DNA of 64,000 bases from the human T2T-CHM13v2.0 reference genome, Homo sapiens. Positions 57,066 to 64,000 of this stretch are shown in pieces. Position 1 is the stretch's first letter; every line of letters begins with the position of its first letter. A program made the translations under genes and the position numbers. The notes below the pieces were generated by a model. The model saw only the letters and a program-made list of their open reading frames with translations. It did not search any database and was not told the origin of the DNA. Where the stretch lies: the NCBI RefSeq assembly GCF_009914755.1, contig NC_060930.1. The stretch is one strand, 5' to 3'.

Positions 57066-57594
57066 AAAACTGAGTCTCAGGAACAGTTCCCGAGAAGGAA
57101 AATTGGGCCCGCATGGAAATAGACATTTTTCTCCCACCTAGGGCAGGGAGTGAAGTGAAATAGGTCTGTGGAGTGGACTTTCACATAGAAACCATGTATT
57201 TCCTAAATTGGGGGTTATTTGGGGATCACCTGGAGGAGTATTCCTGGTTTTGGTGAAACACACGGGGGTATTTTTTGTGAAGCTGCAAATCTGGCACAGC
57301 AATAACAGCTGGGGAACTGGAGATAAAGGAGAAGGCATACTAAGTGCTGTTGCAAGTTTCCCAGAAGTATGACATTATTGGGAAGTAAACTACTTTTTAA
57401 AACAACCGTGGCAATACCACGTCAGTAAGCCAGAGACAACACCATGAAGTTTCATGACAGAGGCCAAATCCAGCCCAAACCCAGCCCAGCAGAGGCTGTC
57501 AACTCAGCGCCCCAGCGAGAGCCGGAAGGTTCCATCCTCAGAGCTGCAGACCCTCTCGTGTGGGCTGCAAAGGCCATGTCTGCATCCCGGGCGG

Positions 57595-57860
57595 TATGTA
57601 CGCTCTGAGAGATACATGCGTGTTCCGGGGGTTATATGAGTGTGACGGGTGTGGCGTGAGTCTGACTGTGTCACGGGCGTTCCAGGGGTTACGTGTGTGC
57701 TCTGAGGGACACATGCGTGTTCCAGGGATTATATGAGTGTGACGGGTGTAGCGTTAGGTGACAATGTCATCTCCGAGTTCCAAGCGTTATGTGCGCACTG
57801 AGGGACACATCCACGTTCCCGGGGTTGGATGTGGAAGGCAGCTACCCCGACGGGTGTGCT
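57595..57860. repeat. Degenerate ~97-bp tandem repeat, about 2.7 copies
   Basis: c(t/a)ctgag(a/g)ga(t/c)acat recurs at 57603, 57700 and 57796; tatatgagtgtgacgggtgt occurs twice. Confidence 0.8.
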
Positions 57861-58083
57861 CTCTGCATACGACGGGTGCTAACACTAGCATCACAGATGC
57901 AGTGTTATTAGTACTACGGAGGTTATTATCAGTGTGGCGGGTGTTCTAATTGCTTTCCTGACGCTACATTTCTGTTCCAAGACCGCAGCTTGGCCCTGTG
58001 GCTGCCTCGCCTTGGGTGTGGAGAATGAACCTCGAGTGCGCTGGATTCACAGGGGATTTTGGTTTCTAATTTTCCACATGAAG

Positions 58084-58321
58084 GGCCAAGGCGGGTGGAT
58101 CACTTGAGATCAGGAGTTCAAGACCAGCTTGGGCAAATAGCAAGACCCTTACGTCTACAAAAAAAAAAAAAAAAAAAATTAGATGGCATGCTTGCACGTA
58201 CCCGTAGTCCCAGCTACCCAGGAGGCTGAAGTGGGAGGATTGCTTGAGTCCAGAAGTTTGAGGCTGCAATGAGCCAGCCATGATCGCACCACTGCACTCC
58301 AGCCTGGGCGACAGAGTGAGA

Positions 58322-58364
<43 letters not shown>

Positions 58365-58382
58365 ACACACACACACACACAC
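58084..58382 (+). mobile_element. Alu (AluJ-like, 5' truncated) ending in a (CT)n(CA)n microsatellite (58326-58382)
   Basis: Alu body, then ctctctct...cacacacac. Confidence 0.87.
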
Positions 58383-58654
58383 GTTAAATTTGTTGGATTA
58401 TATATTTAGGGGGTTGAGCACTTTTGGTTATAAAATATTTATGATTGTGGGAACAAGTTAATAAAGACACGAAACTTATTTAAATGTCCCAGAACTTTAA
58501 GAACAAAAAGCATTCTTAGTTTAAAAATAAGTTTTACTTTAAAGGTAATAGTACACACATAAATTGTTGTTAAAATCGACAGTAACAAAGAGAAGTAACA
58601 ATACTAATGGCCTGTCACAAACTGATTCTTAATAACCTATATAAACAAACGTTA

Positions 58655-58938
58655 AGCCCGGGCGCCGGGTGGCTCATGCCTGTTATCCCAGCACTTTGGG
58701 AAGCCGAGGCAGGCAGATCACTTGAGGCCAGGAGTTCCAGACCAGCCTGACCAACATGGTGAAGCCCAGTCTCTACCAAAAATACAAAAAAATTAGCCGG
58801 GTATATTGGCATGCACCTGTAATCCCAGCTACTTGGGAGGCTGAGGCAGGAGAATCCTTGAACCCAGGAAGCAGAGGTCGCAGTGAGCCGAGATCATGCC
58901 ATTGTGACAGGAGAGAAACTCTGTCTCAAAAAAAAAAT
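58655..58938 (+). mobile_element. Alu
   Basis: Alu consensus with A tail. Confidence 0.9.
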
Positions 58939-59854
58939 TATATGTTTACAACAGGTGCATTCCTCCTCTTGCTTTCTGAGGACGCCCTGCTATGTAGCTG
59001 AGTAGTCGCTAATAAACTATCTTAACTTCACTATACTCTGTGACTTGCCAAAAGGTCTTTCCCATGTGAAATCCAAAAACCTATTCTTGGGGTCTAGGAC
59101 AAGACCCATTTTATAATGACAAAACTATACAAATTCTAGAGGAAAACATGGAAAGAAAGCTATGTGACCTTGGGTTTGGCCATGAGTTTTAACACGACAC
59201 TATCAGAGGCATTTGAACCCCTCCTCTACATGAACTCCAGGGTGGTTTATGTTCCACTGGCTAAGGGAAAGTTTTCTTCAAAAATGTGACATGATTTGAG
59301 GTCAAACATTAATATCAAGTAAACTCAAAAGATTGAGAAGCTAGCATTAGTTCTGGGAAAACCAGAAGTGTGCCTTTTTTTGGAAATAATCATTGGTAGC
59401 ACAAACTTAAGAATCTCCAAAGGAAATAAAAATGAGTTATTAACTTACAGTTTTCACCAATTAAGATATAAATGAAGCTAATGAAATCCGGAAATACAAT
59501 TTCACTGTTTTTAATGTTCATTAAAAAAAAAAAAAAACCTTATCAAATAGCCCCAGTAAGTCACCAATTAAGTCTTTACTACTTAAAAGCAAAATCCACC
59601 TATGTCCTGAACACTTATCCACTTTACAAGCCTCATTATATGTACTGGAGACAAAATTCAGAAATAAATAAATATATATGTACATATATACAAATATATT
59701 TCAAATTAAAAAATACTTTTAGAGAGTGGTATGTATTACATTTAGAAATTAATAACGAAGTAAATTATGGGATGTCATCCACGCCTGTCCCAAAGGTACC
59801 GAATTTATAAATCATCTCAGGTGCGGAGCAGGACAGGTTGAAAATAGGAATGAC

Positions 59855-60252
59855 ATGAACCCGCGCGGAACAGCTGCCGGCGCGGTGTCCAGGGCGGCAC
59901 CCCGCCCGGTCCCGGCCCCTCCAGCCCTGGGCCCGACCCCTACTACGCCTCTGCCTCGACGCGAACGCGGAGCCCGAGCGCGCGTCACGCCGTGTGGGGC
60001 CGAAGAGGCTGCTTCCCAGAGGCGGAGTGCGGGCTCGCGAGGGTCCCCACCCCACTCTCGCTCCCGCCAGCACCTACGGACTCGCGTCCCCGCCGCGCGC
60101 CGACTCGGCGCACCGCCCCCGGCACAGGAGCCTCACGCGCCTCTTACCTAACAGGAAGTTGGGTGGAAGCAGCGCGGACCCACGGCGCACCGAACGCACT
60201 CCAACAGAACCCGACGCAGACACGCGCTTTCAACCGGCGGAGACACTGGCAG
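59855..60252 (-). promoter_or_regulatory. Orphan CpG island with a candidate non-coding first exon (~60250-60148) and strong donor
   Basis: About 400 bp CpG-dense block in AT-rich DNA. The - strand reads ...CAACTTCCTGTTAG|GTAAGAG (donor at 60147). Confidence 0.6.
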
Positions 60253-61237
60253 GTCAATAGAGATATTGACTATATAAACAAAAGAATGACAAATTAATAG
60301 TGTAATGGATAACTTGACTTTGGCAAATATTGTGAATTTTTGTGAAAGTACAACTAAAAGGCAATGTCACTCCAATAATCACCAGAGTAATCAATTTGCT
60401 TATTGCTGTCCCTTTAAATATAGTTCTCTGGTATCAACTAACATGTTTTTAACTAATGATGCTTCTTAAAGAAAAGGGAAAAGACCTTTTTCTTTCTTTC
60501 AGTCTTCAATGATTCACTGCTTCATCTCGCTCCACCAAAGATAAATGAAATCTACATCTCTTATACATTAACGATGCATGACAATTTACAAATAGCTAAA
60601 TTTTTGGAGCTAACTTTAAGTACCTGAATGGAATTTAATCAACCCACTAATCTCCTTCTCACTTCTCAGTTATTTATCAAGTTTATGTCAAGGGACAAGG
60701 AAAAATTATCCAAACATTGTTTAAAACAATCATCATTAATTAGTAACACTTATCCAGGGGGGTTTTTAACCTTTCCCCCACTCAAGGATTATTCTAATGT
60801 CAGAGTAGAATAAAAAATAAGTGCAGCGATGCTGACTCTTCCAAGCTTAACATTTCTCACAAGTCAATTAGCTTTGTACTGGGAGGAGGGCGTGAAGGGC
60901 TGCTTGCGGTAGTTGTGTAGCAGCAGCACAATGGCCGCAGACAAGGAAAACAGTTTCTAAAAATTCCTCGTATATAATTTTATATTTTTGACAAGATTAA
61001 TGACCCATGCTCCCTTCCTCTCCATTTCTTTTTTTGGAATTCTGTTGGTATGTAGTTACTATATTTTATTAAAGGAAATTAGCCTTATCTCTTTTTATAT
61101 TTTATTAAAGAAAATTATTATATTATTCCTTTATATTTTTATTAAAGGATTTTATTATTATTAAAGGAAATTAGCCTTATCTCTTATTATATTTTTTATG
61201 ACCTTCAAAGTAGTGTCTCTGCTTAAAAGTGTACCCT

Positions 61238-61536
61238 GGCCGGGCGTGGTGGCTCACACCTGTAATTCCAGCACTTTGGGAGGCCGAGGCGGGTGGATCA
61301 CGAGGTCAGGAGATCGAGACCATCCTGGCTAACACGGTGAAACCCCGTCTGTACTAAAAATACAAAAAATTAGCAGGGCATAGTGGCGGGCGCCTGTAGT
61401 CCCAGCTACTCAGGAGGCTCAGGCAGGAGAATGGCGTGAACCCGGGAGACGGAGCTTGCGGTGAGCTGAGATCGCACCGCTGCACTCCAGCCTGGGCGAC
61501 AGAGCAAGACTCCGTCTCAAAAAAAAAAAAAAAAAA
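61238..61536 (+). mobile_element. AluY
   Basis: AluY diagnostics (gagatcgagaccatcctggctaacacggtg, gaatggcgtgaacccgggag, gagcttgc). Perfect TSD AAAAGTGTACCCT at 61225-61237 and 61533-61545. Confidence 0.95.
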
Positions 61537-61669
61537 GTGTACCCTGAAGCACACATCAAGCGACATGTAGAGTTCATAAATTCTGGCCAAATGGTCATAC
61601 CTCAAACCTCATCAGCACTAAGGCTCTTTACTTGCACTGACAAATATGAACGCTGGGGAATTTGGAAAT

Positions 61670-61840
61670 GATATATAATATATAATATTATATATATAAT
61701 AGATATATAATATATAATATATATAATACATATATAATATTATATATGTAATAGATATACAATATATAATATATAATAGATATATAATATTATATATAAT
61801 AGATATATAATATTATATATAATAGATATATAATATATAA
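61670..61840. repeat. (TA)-rich low-complexity minisatellite
   Basis: Repeated atatataatattatatataatag-like units. Confidence 0.9.
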
Positions 61841-62864
61841 CTTTCCATGTGATTTTCCTCTTAATTTTTTTCTAGCTGATCCATATGAATTCCTCTTATT
61901 AAGAAAAATAAAGCATCCAGGATTCAATGAAGAACTGACTATCACCTTGTTAATCATTCAGAAACATGTTGCAGGCTTAAGCCATTTTTGATATAGATAC
62001 TGAAACAATTACTTGCTAATAGCAAACTTGAAGGTATGGATAAGGCCCTGAGTCATCTTCCTGAGCTGAATGATAGTTAAGCTGAATGTACGTATAAAAT
62101 ATGATTTTCTAACCACTTGCTCGCCAACAAGGAAAACTTTTAAGTAGAGCAGAACCTGAATAGACAAGACATTTCTTTCTTTTGGTAGAAAATGATTTAC
62201 CATCACTGTGTAGTTAATTGTAGACTAGGTAATTTTAACTTTGTGATTTATTGCCGGAGACATTTTCTTCTGTACTGTAAAGTGTGTGTCAAAAAAAAAA
62301 ATAGCGATTTTGGAGGATTAGGGGACTTTGATAAATTGCCTGCAATTCTGGCAGTATGAACTGCATATTAATTTCTGTCTTTCAAGAACATTTTTATTTA
62401 TTAATTCCTTACAAAAACTCCCTAAACTTTGGAACAGCTCTCAATTGCCTGTATTCTTTTTTTTCTTATTATGGTACTCTTCTAGAGATTTGGCTTGCAT
62501 CTGTGAATAAGCCAGGACATCTTCAGAAATTGTCTGATTAAAAACACCACCAATGGAGTTTCATTAAATTTGTATTGCTCTGACTAGTGAAACACACACA
62601 TCTATGTTGCTGAGGATATTTTACTGCAGTTCGAGTTGTAATAATAGCTCTGTTTAAGATCCGTCAGTCACTTGAATCTTCTCTAAGGCTTTGTATGTTA
62701 GAAGTTAATTTGCTTTCTTACAAGGCCACATTCTATCTTGTAACTAAACAACTGAATTTTATGTCTTAGCGTAGATGGTTTACTACTTTCTGGTTTTTCT
62801 TTAGTAAGAATCCTATAAAAACACTAGTATTTTTCTCTGAGTTTAAAATTCAATACATGCCTAC

Positions 62865-63245
62865 TGATATGGTTAGGCTTTGTATCCCCACCTGAATCTC
62901 ATCTTGAATTGTAATCCCCATAGCCCCCATAATCCCCACAGGTCAAGGGAGAGACCAGGTGGAGGTAACTGAATCATGGGGGCAGTTTCCCCTGTGCTGT
63001 TCTTGTGATAGTGAGTTCTCACGAGATTTGATGGTTTTATAAGGGATTCTTTCCCCTTTGCTCGGCACTTCTTCATGCTGCCTTGCGAAGAAGCTGGCTT
63101 GCTTCCTCTTTGTCTTCCGCCATGATTGTAGATTTCCTGAGGCCTCCCAAGCTGTGCTGAACTGTGAGCCAATTAAACTTCTTTCCTTTATAAATTACCC
63201 AGTCTTGGGCAGTTCTTTATAGCAGTATGAAAACAGAAAAATACA
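62865..63245 (+). mobile_element. THE1/MSTA MaLR solo LTR
   Basis: TGATATGGTTAGGCTTTG start, ...AATACA end, 5-bp TSD CCTAC. Confidence 0.9.
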
Positions 63246-64000
63246 CCTACTATGTAAAACTTAAAATACAAAAAAACAAAACATTATCTCACTAACATAG
63301 GAGCTAATATTTTGGTGTACTTTGTTTAGTATTTTATATTAAAAATATGTACATATATATTTATATATAATTAAGAACATGTATGTACAATCGTGCATAC
63401 ATCATGTACATACATCTACTTAAGAAAATAGCTATGTAATATACCATTACTCAACTAGATTATAATTTTTTCTCCATTTCTTTATTGTAATTTATCATTT
63501 TCTACTTTTTTGTTTTCTCATTTTTATTGCATAATATTTAATTATGCAAAAAATACATTAAATACATTGAAAATATATAGTGTAGCTATAAGAATAAAGA
63601 ACAATGGTAAAACAAATGCTAATACCCACTACCTGACTTAAAGAATATGATATTATTTTTTTCCAATTGAAATTCCCTCAACTACTCAGAATTACTGCTA
63701 TCCCTCTTATCCTTTCATTAATTTTCTTCTAGTTTTCTCACATGTGAATCTATTTCTAAATACATTATTTTGCAAGTTTTTGGACTTCATATAAATGTAA
63801 CCATATTGTATATATTCTTCTTCAGCTTCTTAGTTTTTCACTAAACAATATGTTTTGCTGATACTTACATTCATATGTACAGTAATGGTTGATTTATTTT
63901 AATGGCTATATATTATTCCATTGTTAGAATACACCAGGATTTATTTTTACTTATTTTTTTTTGCTGGAAAATTGGGTGTCTTTTTTATTTTTTGATATAA

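Noticed and set aside
57595-57860. CRISPR-like repeat-spacer appearance
   Set aside because: Eukaryotic context, degenerate tandem units with homologous 'spacers', and no cas genes.

Overview
Eukaryotic (human-type) genomic DNA, recognisable as the terminal 6q27 locus. The left half holds three known housekeeping genes. PSMB1 exon 1 lies on the - strand, head-to-head with the complete TBP gene (+ strand; 8 exons, 1020-nt CDS = 339 aa, interrupted 38-Gln CAG/CAA SCA17 repeat). TBP is tail-to-tail with the complete PDCD2 gene (- strand; 6 exons, 1035-nt CDS = 344 aa). All coding exons were reconstructed from GT-AG boundaries and sum to intact frames. TBP intron 2 carries a near-full-length Tigger1 DNA transposon. 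From about 32.6 kb onward there are no intact protein genes. That half is a mosaic of ERV1 (MER4-group) LTRs, an old L1, a solo MER9 LTR, a deleted and truncated HERV-K(HML-3) provirus, MaLR/MLT2 LTRs and many Alus. Near 57.5-60.3 kb it has GC-rich, promoter-like fragments that look like subtelomeric duplicon pieces. I found no convincing new biological system. The best leads are small regulatory or structural features: a TBP minimal uORF and NAGNAG acceptor, a 3'UTR palindrome abutting an ARE, inverted Alus, PDCD2 intronic polyadenylation, in-frame HML-3 deletions, a clipped orphan CpG first exon and allele-level variants. Repeat subfamily names come from recalled consensus sequences and need RepeatMasker/Dfam confirmation.
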